DNA of 64,000 bases from Eledone cirrhosa (lineage: Eukaryota). Location: contig OZ024741.1 in NCBI GenBank assembly GCA_964016885.1, positions 404,426,001 through 404,490,000 on the forward strand. The letters are read 5' to 3'. Below are positions 1 to 11,809 of the stretch, piece after piece (position 1 is the stretch's first letter; each line of letters begins with the position of its first letter). The translations under genes and the position numbers were made by a program. The notes beneath the pieces are model-generated. The model was not told the origin of the DNA and ran no database searches. It saw nothing but the letters and a program-made list of their open reading frames with translations.

Positions 1-200
1 TGAGCTATGGCAACTATAGTGTTCTTGGCCCCAGGGCCACCTACCAACTCATCGCCATCGGCACAGAATTAGCTACCCGCAGGTCTGAGCCTTGGGAGCT
101 GGAATGACTCTTCCAATACGTCTCCTTCACCATTCCTCTGGGAAATCCCTTCTCTGATCTATTCCTCAGTGCAGGTGGGACGGCCTTTCATGGACCCCCA
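1..200 (+). mobile_element. Degenerate 3' fragment of a CRE-clade non-LTR retrotransposon
   Basis: Similar to 30590-30774 (GCTACCCGCAGGTCTGAGCCTTGGGAGCTGGAATGACTCTTCCA...GGAAA); contains a stop and indels. Confidence 0.6.
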
Positions 201-208
201 TTTGCTCA

Positions 209-591
209 TAATAATTGTTTCTACTTTTGGCACAAAGTCAACAATTACCTCAGTGTATTACTGGTACTTTATTTTATCGACTCCGTAAGGATGAGAGGCA
301 AAGTTAAACCCCGCGGGATTTGAACTCAAATTGGCAAGGGCCGTAACTCTATGCGTCAAAGCATGACGTCCGTCCCTCTACCGTTACTGCCAATCCATCG
401 CATTTGCTAATAATAATTGTTTCTACTTTTGGCACAAGGCCATAAATTAGCTAGTACATTACTGGTACTTTTTTATCGACCCCACAAGGATGAAAGGCAA
501 AGTTAACCTTGGCGGGATTTGAACTCATAATAGCAAGGGCCGTAACTCTATGCGTCAAAGCATGGTGTCCGACCCTCTACCGATACTGCCA
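209..591 (-). mobile_element. Two tandem tRNA-derived SINEs (Nin/Deu-like central domain)
   Basis: Reverse complement of GGATTGGCAGTA...GAGTTCAAATCCCG (A/B boxes) followed by GTTAACTTTGCCTTTCATCCTTACGGGGTCGATAAAATAAAGTACCAG. Confidence 0.85.
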
Positions 592-691
592 GAGCGAGAG
601 AGACGGGTACAGTGAGAGAAAGCGAGAGAACATCAACACTTATTTACGTATCTATTCCTTTGTATTCGAAATGGTTACAGTTAATCGATTC

Positions 692-741
<50 letters not shown>

Positions 742-742
742 C

Positions 743-904
<162 letters not shown>

Positions 905-994
905 GGAACACTATAATATATATGTAGAGATAATAAGACGATTACCGTTATCGGATACAGACGATACTGCTTCAGAATTTGTAGTTCTTATGTA

Positions 995-1545
995 TATCCA
1001 ATTACTAGAGAATTCATACAAATTAATCAACTAACTTACACTAGTGATGTGGTCTGGGAATAAAATAGCAATCGTCTGGAAAAGAATGAATATTAAAATA
1101 TCTTATAGAACATATATAACTAGCAATTGTACCCGGAGTTGCCTCGGTATTTAGATAACCGTTTTTTATTTTATACACAATTAGCCGAAAATTGTTAAAA
1201 TTAATCCAACTTAACAAACTTACACTAGTATTGTGTTTTGTGAATAAAATCTCAATCGTTTGGAAGAGAAAGAGGGACTCAATATTAAAATAATTCATAG
1301 AATAAATACAACTAGTAGTTGCTCCCAGAGTCGCTCAGGTCCCGAATATCTAGAAACAAGTTTTTTATATACCCAATCCTCAGAGAATCGATACAAAGTA
1401 ATCCCACTTAGCTAAATTACAATAGTATGGTGTTCTGTGAATAATATCTCAATCATTTGGAAAAGGCTGAAGATTAAAATATCTCATAGAATATATATAA
1501 TTAGTAGTTGGCCCCGGGGTTTCCCGTGTCACTAATATTTAGGAA
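995..1545. repeat. Three diverged ~190-bp tandem units containing a Helitron-like 3'-end motif
   Basis: (A/T)CTAG...CCCGG(A/G)GTT(G/T)CC-type motif recurs at ~1119, ~1311 and ~1501, along with AAAT...CAATC.T.TGGAA. Confidence 0.6.
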
Positions 1546-1702
1546 AATGTCCATTTAGTTTTTTTCTTTCTGGGTTTGTTTATTCAGGTTAAAGAATATC
1601 GGTTAGCAATATAAACAAAGTAAATGGATAATACCATTATAAATGCATTTCTGGCTTTTATACCGAATAATAATAATATAATAATATTATTAATATTCGA
1701 TT

Positions 1703-1893
1703 GGGCGGTGGATTGGCAGTATCGGTAGAGAATCGGACGCCATGCTTTCCAGCATAGTTACGTCCCTTTACGGTCCGAGTTCAAATCCCGCCGCGGTTAA
1801 CTTTGCCTTTCTTCCTTACGGGGTCAATAAAATAAAGTACCAGTAATGAACTGGGTAATTGCTGGCCTTGTGCCAAAAGTAGAAACAATTATT
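1703..1893 (+). mobile_element. tRNA-derived SINE (Nin/Deu-like)
   Basis: Full-length copy from GGGCGGTGGATTGGCAGTATCGGTAGAG to GTGCCAAAAGTAGAAACAATTATT. Confidence 0.9.
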
Positions 1894-1989
1894 AATATTC
1901 GATTCGGTTCATAACGCTATATGTTTTTAGACGAATGCATTTACGTATCCGTTTGTGAAAACAAATTTTGTTTGTAACATTAAAAAACA

Positions 1990-2178
1990 AATAATTGTTT
2001 CTACTTTTGGTACATCTCCAGCAATTATCACAGTGTATTACTGGTACTTTATTTTATCGACCCCGTAAGGATGAAAGGCAAAGTTAACCTCGGCGGGATT
2101 TGCACTCATAATGGCAAGGGCCGTAACTCTTTGCTGCAAAGCATGGCGTCCGACTCTCTAGCGATACTGACAATCCAT
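1990..2178 (-). mobile_element. tRNA-derived SINE (Nin/Deu-like)
   Basis: Reverse complement of the 1703-1893 family. Confidence 0.9.
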
Positions 2179-2252
2179 ACGGCTATGTATCTCCCCCCCC
2201 CCTCCCCCCAACCAGACACTACGACACTGGTGTTTCTTTATACAAATTAAAC

Positions 2253-2282
<30 letters not shown>

Positions 2283-2284
<2 letters not shown>

Positions 2285-2482
2285 CGAAGGAAATGTGGTA
2301 AGGAACCAGGTGGACCATAACGCACCAAAGTACTCAATACTTAGGGTAGTAGAGTGGGTAATAGGAACAAGTAAGACCCCAACGGCTGAGCTCAAGCCGT
2401 TTCGACGGCTAATTCTGTACTGGATTAGTACAGAATTAGCCATCGAAACGGCTTGAGCTCAGCCGTCGGGGTCTTACTTGTT

Positions 2483-2484
<2 letters not shown>
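2283..2484. mobile_element. Family B fold-back element in (TA)n (long left arm, short right arm)
   Basis: Inverted arms ~2362-2421 and ~2427-2484; contains GAAA-CGGCT-TGAGCTC-AGCCG-TC (HHR 3' half); both flanks are (TA)n. Confidence 0.85.
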
Positions 2485-2539
<55 letters not shown>

Positions 2540-2790
2540 TGTTATATTTAGGGATGGTCATGTTACCAATATTGTCAATAAAAAACAAACAGACTATTTG
2601 ATTTTTACTTCAGCTTATTGTTAGTTGTTAATTAGTTCATCAAATGTTTTCGTCACACTCTGTATAGCCTCCTCAATGACAAGTTGTTTTCCTTTGTGCC
2701 TCTTTTTTTCTGGTTTTGTTTTCTTTACTCCATCTTGTCTTTCACATCTTGCAATAGAAATACATAAATGTATATATGAATTTATAGTCA
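2540..2790 (-). mobile_element. Diverged PLE 3'-end (pLTR) fragment related to family A, with decayed HHR
   Basis: TGTTATATTTAGGGATGGTCATGTTACCAAT resembles 8721-8750; the minus strand reads GTCA-TTGAGGAG...GTGTGAC-GAAA. Confidence 0.6.
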
Positions 2791-3634
2791 AATATATTGA
2801 TATATTGCAATGACTGTGTCTGTATGTGGATAGATAGAACAATTCAGAAGGAAAAAGAGAAAGTGGACGAGAGAGATAAAACGAGAGAGATATGGGGACC
2901 GGCGGAAATGGAAAACATTTTGTGATAAAATGGCGTATCTCGACCGTCCACTAAATCCCCATTTAAAATGGTGGTCGTCCTTTCTTCCCACTATCTACCT
3001 TAATTCATTTCTCTATCTTCTATCCTGTATTATCCTTGTTTCACCCCAGGACTATCACAGATCAGGGAACTTTTGGTTAATGTATTATTCGCTCATCGAG
3101 ATGGATCTTGTGGCAAATTTTGTGAAAGAGTGATGATGTTTCAAGACAAATATTTATACTCACTAGTTAGATGTATCATCATATTGAAGTGTCATTATTA
3201 GTGTCATATAAATATTTATATTTAAATGTTAATTCTATTTATTGTTTATAACTTCCTACGTCATATATATGTCTTAGATATTGTAAATAAAATGAAATGT
3301 TTAATAACCTCAATAGGACACTGAGGTGCCATCAAAGTCATAACCATTATCTGGTGTGTCGAGATCAGGTCAATTTTGTCAAGTGACGTCTTTCTCGGGT
3401 TATAGAGTACGATCAAAAATCGTAAGTATGACAAAAGAAATAAATACCTTAATATAGATTTGAAACTCTGCTGCTGAAATGGCTCAGCGATATCAAACTG
3501 TCATCCTGGTGTACTGAGCAAACTTTATAGTCTATGTGCGCAAGATTGGCCTGTTAGAAATAACGGTTGAATTCCCCATACTTTTAACCCCATTGTCTAA
3601 AAGAAATTGAAGGCCACGTTTGATAACGTACTTC

Positions 3635-3915
3635 TATATAACAAACAGATGTGGTGATGCCATCTGGAATACATCTATATTACAAACAGATGTGGTAATC
3701 CCTTCTGGAATGCTTCTATATAACAAACTGATGTGGTGATCTCCTCTGGAATACATATATATAACAAACAGATGTGGTGATCTTTTCTGGAATACTACTA
3801 TATAACAAACATATGTGGTAATCCCATCTGGAATACATCTATATAACAAACAGATGTGGTGATCCCATCTGGAATACTTCTATATAACCAACAGATGTGA
3901 TGATCCTTTCTAGAT
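3635..3915. repeat. 42-bp minisatellite, ~6.5 copies
   Basis: Unit TATATAACAAACAGATGTGGTGATCCCATCTGGAATAC(A/T)TC with an internal CAGATG/CATCTG hairpin. Confidence 0.9.
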
Positions 3916-4653
3916 TATCTTTGGCCAGATATCTTCTGAAATAGCGCTAACGTGAGATAAAGGACAAAAACAATAACTTGGAAATATGAAGAAACAATTT
4001 GATAGAATTATGGTATCACTCCTGGTCAATGAATTCAACGTAGTGTTATTAGCGAATATATCTTTTATCTAAACATATACACACGTTTCTATTGTATCTT
4101 GTATAACGAATGATATGTTGCTTTTGTTTTATTTCATTCGTATTGTTAGTATGAGTAACAGTTCTTACACCATACGTTTAGTCTTTCTTCCCCGACACAA
4201 GAACTAGTACTATAAATTATAAATTAGCTGCTGATAATATAAGCATTAGCATCTTCTAATATAGATTCTACAAAGTGTGAAGAATTTCTTACAAATACTT
4301 GCAGGGAATAACATACATAAAGGTCCCTGCCGTCTTCCTGTCTTTACCACTTTCTCACTGTCTCTATTGCTTTTCTGTGTACCTAACACAAACACCTATC
4401 ACACACATAACTGACAGATAAAGTTTATATTCTCTTACTCTTTCTTTCTCACGCTCTCTCCCCCCCTCTCTCTCTCGCCCCTCTCTCTGGCTTTACCCTC
4501 TTTCTATCTTTCACTCTCTCTTTCTCTGTCCCTATCCCGTTCTCGCTGTCTTTTACACACACACACACACTCTCTCTCTCTCTGATTCTACTTCGTTCTC
4601 TCTTTCTTTCACTCTCTCTCTCTATCTCTCTCTCTCTCTCTTTCTCTCTTTCT

Positions 4654-4716
<63 letters not shown>

Positions 4717-5490
4717 TCTACCCCGTTCTCTCTATCTTTCACTCTCTCTGGTTCTGGCTCTACTCCCTTCTCGTTGTCTTTGCTGTATACATATACTCAG
4801 ACACAAACATATATACAACAAAACAGATTTTATACTCTTTTTCTTTCTCTTTCTATGGCTCTGCCTGTCACTGTATCCTTCCTCATTTCCAGATATTCAC
4901 ACACAAACATATACACAGCCAGAGCCAGACAGATAAATAATTTGGGGAAAAAAGTGCTTTAAGCCTAAAAAGAAAATCAAACAGCTTTATCGGGAAATAA
5001 ATCTTCTGGAATATATTTGTTCTGATGTCGCAAGCAGCCTTGTGTGAATGAAATTTTCTAAAATGAAAAAAAAAAAGAAAGAATTTTTCTTGTGCATTTT
5101 CTTCTTATGAAGACATTTGTACGGCAAAGAAATATTACAAACTGCTTTCTTTGCGAACAACTTCTTTTTTTTTCTCCAATATATTTTAGAAAACAACTAA
5201 AAAACCAGCGACAGGAAATTAAAGAATTATCAACGTTGACGCGAAACATTTTTTTAAAATTGAAATATCAAGAAAAACATTAATGATATAATGATGCATA
5301 TTTTAATCTTTATCTTCAGCAAATTATTTTATTTTTTTAAAAGTATTTCGGGGGGAAGGAGGATATGAAAAGAATTATATTAGCTAGGAACTTCTTTTTT
5401 TTTTACATAGCTTGAATGTAACTAAAAATAAATAAATTTTAAAATTGTTAAAAAAAAATAATAATACAATTTTCTTTCGTTGTTGTTTAG

Positions 5491-5610
5491 CATCAGATCG
5501 ACTTCGATTGAGCAGATCTATTATCAAACATGTTGTAGTTCTGACTATCCGTACTTTTATTTAGACAATGCATGCACGACTGCACTATTGAATGTGTGTT
5601 TTTATAACGA
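5491..5610 (+). CDS. Candidate host exon (Cys-rich segment)
   Basis: Polypyrimidine tract TTTTCTTTCGTTGTTGTTTAG; only one open frame (IRSTSIEQIYYQTCCSSDYPYFYLDNACTTALLNVCFYN); donor GA|GTGAG; phase compatible with 6715-6832. Confidence 0.45.
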
Positions 5611-5698
5611 GTGAGGTTTGAGGCAAATTTAGCTGCAATATCTAGCAGACTGAGATCGAACATTTTCTGTCTCCTGTTGGTACACTCAGTCTCTAAAA

Positions 5699-5699
<1 letters not shown>

Positions 5700-5729
<30 letters not shown>

Positions 5730-6020
5730 CTTCTTCTTCTTCTTCTTCTTCTTCTTCTTCTTCTTCTTCTTCTTCTTCTTCTTCTTCTTCTTCTTCTTCT
5801 TCACTCACTTATTCCCGAGAGGGCCATCGGGGCTCGCAAAATCTGTCCAGCGATTCTGTCCTGAGACATTCTAACTATACGTCCATAGTATCTGAGTTGT
5901 GACCTCTCAACTAGGAAAAGTAATAGCTCTACATGGAGTGACTCACTGATCTCCGAACTACACACTCTATTGAGTAACGATACTCTAATGACCCTTCGGA
6001 GGAACCCCATTTCTGCCGCT
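5700..6020 (-). mobile_element. RTE-clade LINE 3' fragment abutting a (GAA)n tract
   Basis: Minus-strand translation MGFLRRVIRVSLLNRVCSSEISESLHVELLLFLVERSQLRYYGRIVRM matches the RTE ORF C-terminal pattern; (TTC)n at 5700-5802. Confidence 0.75.
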
Positions 6021-6189
6021 ATCGGTCAAAAGGAGCAGGTAACTGCTAGATTAATACAATTCTCCAGAATGTGTTACAGGTTGATATATTATGTATGTAA
6101 AATCTGAAATGTCCTTACGCGTGAATCTGTTTATTAGATCGGACGAGTCTGGGGTTAAATAAAAGTTGAAAGGGCCGCACCAACAACAA

Positions 6190-6635
6190 TGATAACTGTT
6201 TCTACGTTTGGCACAAGACCAATAATTTTGGGGGTGGGGAAAGTCGATTAAATCGACCCCAGTGTGCTACTAGTACTATATTTTATCGTCCCCACAAGGA
6301 TGAAAAGCAAAGTTAACCTCGACGGGATTTGAACATAGAAAATTAAAGGGCCGTAACTATATGCCGTAAAGCATTTTGTCCGGTGCTCTACCGACACTTC
6401 TAATCCTCCGCCCTAGCAACAACAACAATTGTTCCTACTTTTGGCACAAGGCCAGCAATTATCCCAGTACATTACTGGTACTTTATTGTATCGACCACGT
6501 AAGGATGAAAGGCAGCGTTAACCTTGGCGGGAGCAACAAGGCTGATTATGATGAAACAAACGTTAAAGGGCCGTAACTATATGCCGTAAAGCATTTTGTC
6601 CTGTACTCTACCGACACTGCTAATCCACCACCCTA
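6190..6635 (-). mobile_element. Cluster of tRNA-derived SINE copies and fragments
   Basis: Same Nin-like family in reverse orientation, partially duplicated. Confidence 0.8.
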
Positions 6636-6714
6636 GCAACAACAATAATAACAACAACAAGGCTGATTACGATGAAACAAACGGCGAGAACAACACCCAA
6701 GACAACTTTTACAG

Positions 6715-6832
6715 ATACCATATTGTTGCGAGCATTCAGACCTGGTCTATGGTATATGGAGGAGTCATTATCTTCACGTTCCCTATAGCGAACTATGTCA
6801 TAGACTCCTCATTCTCTCTCGTCTTTAATCTG
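6715..6832 (+). CDS. Candidate host exon (hydrophobic, membrane-like)
   Basis: Acceptor TTTTACAG; open frame YHIVASIQTWSMVYGGVIIFTFPIANYVIDSSFSLVFNL; donor CTG|GTATGT. Confidence 0.45.
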
Positions 6833-7319
6833 GTATGTCCAGTAAAAGACAATAGTCACTATATAAACAATTTGTATCTGTGGAAATTTTCAGGAATCTC
6901 GTGTATATATTCTTGTACATGTTCCAGTTGACTGGCTGAGGCCATGCTGGGGCACCGTCTTGACGCTACACTTTCGATAGCCAGTCTTTCTTGGTTGGCC
7001 ATTGTTGTAAGATGGAGTTTGTTGCTTCCGCCCTTATTTGGATTTCGCCTCGTGCTGTGGGTTCATCCGGAAACTTAGTTAACAGAATGTCGAGATGTTC
7101 CTTGAAAACATCTACGAGGGTAGACTGAAACGTTAAGAAGCCGAAAATGAAGGAGTGATGCTAGAGCTTTGAAATCTTGCTCGCATTAATTTCTACTTGT
7201 CTTATTAATAATATTTGCATTGTCTTAAATCTTAAATTTCTATAATAAAAATGTGCGTTCTAAACGGATGAGGTTCTAGTTTAACAGAATGCTAGAGCTG
7301 GTTATTGAAAAAATATGAT

Positions 7320-7470
7320 ATGCTTTGATGCAGAGTTACGGCCCTTGCCATTCTGAGTTCAAATCCCGCCAAGGTTAACTTTGCCTTTCATCCTTACGGG
7401 GTCGATAAAATAAAGTACCAGGAATGCACTGGGATAATTGCTGGCCTTGTGCCCAAAGTAGAAACAATTA
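7320..7470 (+). mobile_element. 5'-truncated tRNA-derived SINE
   Basis: B box GAGTTCAAATCCCG plus Nin-like body. Confidence 0.85.
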
Positions 7471-7485
7471 TATTTATCATATATA

Positions 7486-7685
7486 TACAATGGTGAGCTG
7501 AAAAGTTCATTGCCTGACTATGACGGAGTGATGCTAGGCTGGGAAATCTTGCATGCTTTAATTTCAACTCTTCTTATTAATAACTGCCTTGTTTCCTCCT
7601 AGAAACTATATTGGAAAATAAACCTCCTTTGGTCATTCCATGAGAGTATCTTGGTCAGTCTATGAACTTCTCAGTCGACCACGTG
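7486..7685. mobile_element. Mariner-like MITE
   Basis: Imperfect TIRs GGTGAGCTGAAAAGTTCAT / ATGAACTTCTCAGTCGACC; related copies at ~7114-7230, 32228-32465 and 50480-50680. Confidence 0.7.
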
Positions 7686-8120
7686 GACACCATATAAACA
7701 TTATATTAAACCCACAAATTCCTCATTCGTAACATACACTATTTTCTATATTGGACAACACTGCCTATGTCTTCTAAACCACAAGAAATAAATGAAAGTT
7801 CTTATTTAATATCAAAATGTATATTTTACTAATGGAAAATATAAAAAATTTATAAAGTTTGTCTTTGGCAAATGCCTTAATAGCATCATTAAAATTTATC
7901 CCTAGGGAAAACAAGATGGCGCACTGCTGAAATCTATTCTACGCGTTGCCATCCGATATCCACATTAAACTACAATATATAATCAGAGAGAGAACTGGAT
8001 ATTTTATATGAGAGGAATATTCTTTTATCTCTGACTGTTTTCTTCTTTCTACGTCGTTCTATCTCTTCCATTCTCTTTCCAATATTCCATCATAAGCATA
8101 TATAGAAATCTATATGCTTG

Positions 8121-8507
8121 TACGTGGTTTTGTCTTTGCGTGCTTTTGTTCTCCACGCTCTACATATGACTTATTATCTTCGTTTTTTCGTTCATTGCCA
8201 GAGAACGTCTCTATGCACCACCTAAGAGAACATTAGTCTACGACCTCTTTTATACCATAAACGTGGTTTTGTCTTTTCGCGTAGTTGTTTTTCACCGCTC
8301 CTATTAATGACGTATTATTCGTTTTTTCCCGTTCTTTGCCAGCGAACGTTACCACGAACCAAAGTATCGTCTTCCTGTCTTCCTCCGGTTGCAACGTTTT
8401 TTGAAATATCCAGTTCTGCGTTTACAGATTGACTTTGATAGTTTCAGAAGATCCCATTAAGGGTGAAAGCAGCGATTCTTTGCTTAAACTTTAATCTGTT
8501 ATTTTAA
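8121..8507 (+). mobile_element. Family H PLE 3'-end fragment (short terminus) abutting (TA)n
   Basis: Near-identical reverse complement of 59660-60043. Confidence 0.9.
8440..8490 (+). ncRNA. Type-I hammerhead-like motif with variant core CAGAAGA (family H)
   Basis: Stem I AGTTT/AAACT; core CAGAAGA; stem II CCC/GGG; GAAA; stem III GCA/TGC; predicted cut after CUU. Confidence 0.6.
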
Positions 8508-8604
8508 TAAATAAATATATATATATATATATGTGTATGAATATATATATATATGCATATATACACGCACACACACACATACACGCACACACACACACAC
8601 ACAT

Positions 8605-8662
<58 letters not shown>

Positions 8663-9171
8663 CGTTTCTGAATTTGTTTAGCAAGATTCTTTATCTGAAA
8701 TCGTGTGTTGAAACCGATATTGTTATACTTTGGGAGGGTCATGTTGCCAATAAGAAACACACGCACCAGTTGCTTTCACTTCAATTTATTATATATTTAT
8801 AAATTTACAAATTTACAAATCTACAAACTTATAAATTTCTGGTTGGTTGGTTGGTTCCACAACCAGATAGTTGTTTATATATAGTGATAGTCCTTTCGTC
8901 ACACACTCTGTGACCTCTTCAGTGACTGGGGATACCTTTCTTTGTTTCTGTGCCTTTCCTTTCTTCTGTCTTACGCCATTTTGTTTCTGTGTGTGTGTTG
9001 TGTGCTCAGTTTGCGCATGCGCCACATCCGGGTGTCTGTGTGTGTTTGTGTTCATTTATCTATTTGTTTATTTATTTATTTATTTATTGTTGGTTGGTTG
9101 TTTGTTCTATGTGTGTGTGTGTTTTCATTTAGTCCTTAATTGTAAGTTGTGATGTTGCTGTTCCACTCACT

Positions 9172-10251
9172 CAGGAACTAGAGAAAAACACAATGGAAAG
9201 CATCCAGCAAATAGCAAACTCCATCCACCAGAGCATTAAAGTTACTATAGACTACCCAAGTAGACACCCCAACCATCGATTACCTGTACTAGACACAGAG
9301 CTCTGGTTAGATACCATTAACAACCAAAAACAAATCCTCCATTCCCATTATGCCAAACCCATGACTTCCAAACATCTGATCCACCGAAACTCGGCCATTT
9401 CGGACCATACCAACATCAACATACTGATTGCGGATTTGGTACGGGTGATGAGAAATGTGTCCCGCATGTGCAACCCCGAAGAACTAGAGAGACACATACA
9501 ACACTTCATCCACCGTATGCAGTTCTCTGGCTACAATCAGTGAGATAGAATCAGAGTGTATAGAGGAGCCAGAACCAAATGGGAAAAAATGGTAAATAAT
9601 GACATAAATGGGACCTGCCCCTTGTATAGGAGCAAATTTTGGAATAGAATAGAAAGAACTAGGAACAAGGCCAATAGAATAAACTCATGGTATGATAGCA
9701 ATAAATACCAGAGTGTAATGTTCATCAATACAACCCCTAGAGGCGAACTAACCTACAAATTTAGAAGGGCCCTAAATAAACATAAACTCAATATTAAGAT
9801 AGTAGAAAGACCAGGTACCTCCGTAAAAACACTTATTAGTAAGACATACCCGTTCCAAAGACCCTCATGTATAGATAAGAAATGTATAACCTGTAAAATA
9901 AGCCCCCATATTAACTGTAAAACTAGAAATGTGGTGTATAGCATAAGATGTACTGAAGGACAATGTAGAAACAAAAATATAGTGTACATAGGTGAGACAG
10001 CTCGTAGTATAGGGGAACGAATAAATGAACACTGGCGAGACTTTCAAGATAATAAAGAATCATCTGTGCTCTACCAACATGCTAAGATAGAACACAGGGG
10101 TAAATTAGATAACATAGAAATAAAAATAGAATCCACACACAGAAAAGATGCAATGTTTAGGCAAATTACAGAGGCAGTAAGCATAAAAGAATTACAACCA
10201 AAATTAAATAGAAAATATGAGTGGAACAGCAACATCACAACTTACAATTAA
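9172..10251 (+). pseudogene. PLE RT C-terminus + GIY-YIG endonuclease, 5'-truncated, one in-frame TGA (9541-9543)
   Basis: IANSI..IKVTIDYPS..RLPVLD, RMQFSGY, C-x4-C-x2-C linker, NVVYSIRC..YIGETARSIGERINEH; ORFs 9193-9543 and 9556-10251 share a frame. Confidence 0.88.
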
Positions 10252-10459
10252 GGACTAAATGAAAACACACACACACATAGAACAAACAACCAACCAACAA
10301 TAAATAAATAAATAAATAAACAAATAGATAAATGAACACAAACACACACAGACACCCGGATGTGGCGCATGCGCAAACTGAGCACACAACACACACACAG
10401 AAACAAAATGGCGTAGCACAGAAGAAAGGAAAGGCACAGAAACAAAGAAAGGAATCCCC

Positions 10460-10504
10460 AGTCACTGAAGAGGTCACAGAGTGTGTGACGAAAGGACTAT
10501 GACT
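10460..10504 (+). ncRNA. Minimal type-I hammerhead ribozyme (family A)
   Basis: Stem I AGTCA/TGACT; CTGAAGA; stem II GTCACA/TGTGAC; GAAA-GGAC-TA. Further copies at 8883-8927 (-) and 54854-54896 (+). Confidence 0.85.
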
Positions 10505-10662
10505 ATATATAAACAACTATCTGGTTGTGGAACCAACCAACCAACCAGAAATTTATAAGTTTGTAGATTTGTAAATTTATAAATTTATAAATATATAATA
10601 AATTGAAGTGAAAGCAACTGGTGCGTGTGTTTCTTATTGGCAACATGACCCTCCAAAAGTAT

Positions 10663-10714
<52 letters not shown>

Positions 10715-10900
10715 TAAATTTACAAATTACTACAGATTTACGGAGTAGTGCTTGTAAAATGGTTCACTCAGTTCATTTGCCGGGAGAAGAAACAATCTGA
10801 TGTATCCAGCCCTTGACATTTCTCCTCCTCCTTCTGTTCCTCCTCCTCTCCCTCCGCCTCCTCCTCCGAGAGCGAGAAGAGAGAGTAGTTGGAGTAGGTA

Positions 10901-10979
<79 letters not shown>

Positions 10980-11055
10980 GAAAAAGAGATACAGGAAAAG
11001 TTATATATTCATAACTTCCAATATATCAATTTATGTATCTATCTATCTATCCATC

Positions 11056-11694
11056 GTCCCTGGCCTGGCAGTGCCTGGTGCGCGCATTTGTACACTGCCC
11101 GAGCGTTACCGACCTGTGGGGCTATGTAGAACGACTATTGTCGCGGGTGGGACCAATCCAGTTGACCACCGAGTCCATTGTCATGATCAAACCTCCACCC
11201 TCCTTCAAAAATGAGGGAGAGGTGGTTTTCCTGTTTGTTATGGCTATGGTGAAAGAGGTTATATGGTGGACGAGGTTAAAAGAGCTAGGGTCAGACACCT
11301 TTCTCTCCGGCGAGCAACTAATTCGTTTTTTTCAAATATTATTTTGGAAGAAGAATCAGGATGGAGAGAGAGGTGATGTACCCCAGCAAAGTTTATAAAA
11401 GGTGGGTGAATGTGGCAAAGATGGCCCGAGTGGTTGGGCCTTCTCTCTATATAAGACTGTAGGTTGAGGAAAAAGAGGAAGAGAGGAAGGGAGTACTCAC
11501 TCTTGGTGCTCCTGGAGATGAGGGTTGTACATTTTTTCGGGGTGTGTACAACCCTTGTGTAACGCCTCCCTCCCCTATTGGGATTTCAATTGTTATTTGT
11601 TATTGTATTAATAGTTTTATTTTCATATACCTGTATGTAAACTCTCCATTTGTATTTGTCCCCTTCTTTTGTGCCCTTGTGGCTAATAAAGAAA
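11056..11694 (+). mobile_element. Tx1-clade LINE 3' fragment in (TATC)n
   Basis: Similar to 43991-44737 with an internal deletion; ends GGCTAATAAAGAAA followed by TATC repeats. Confidence 0.9.
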
Positions 11695-11809
11695 TGTATC
11701 TATCTATCTATCCATCTCTCTCTATATACATATAAATATATACATATATATATAGGTGTATATATATATATCACACACACACACAAATATATACATATAC
11801 ATTATCTTA

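Larger units (their letters stand above)
8662..10667. mobile_element. Family A (Naiad-like) PLE, 5'-truncated, with inverted 3'-end copy
   Basis: Minus arm 8662-9169 is the reverse complement of 10218-10667 plus a 55-nt tail; plus arm 9170-10667 encodes RT C-terminus and GIY-YIG; (TA)n on both sides. Confidence 0.92.

Noticed and set aside
1703-1790. tRNA-like A/B boxes
   Set aside because: They are SINE heads followed by SINE bodies; no cloverleaf or acceptor stem.
3049-3427. Possible exons (acceptor at 3048, donor at 3422)
   Set aside because: No consistent open frame linking them; insufficient support.
3635-3915. CRISPR-like array of palindromic 42-bp repeats
   Set aside because: No unique spacers, no cas genes, eukaryotic context; it is a minisatellite.
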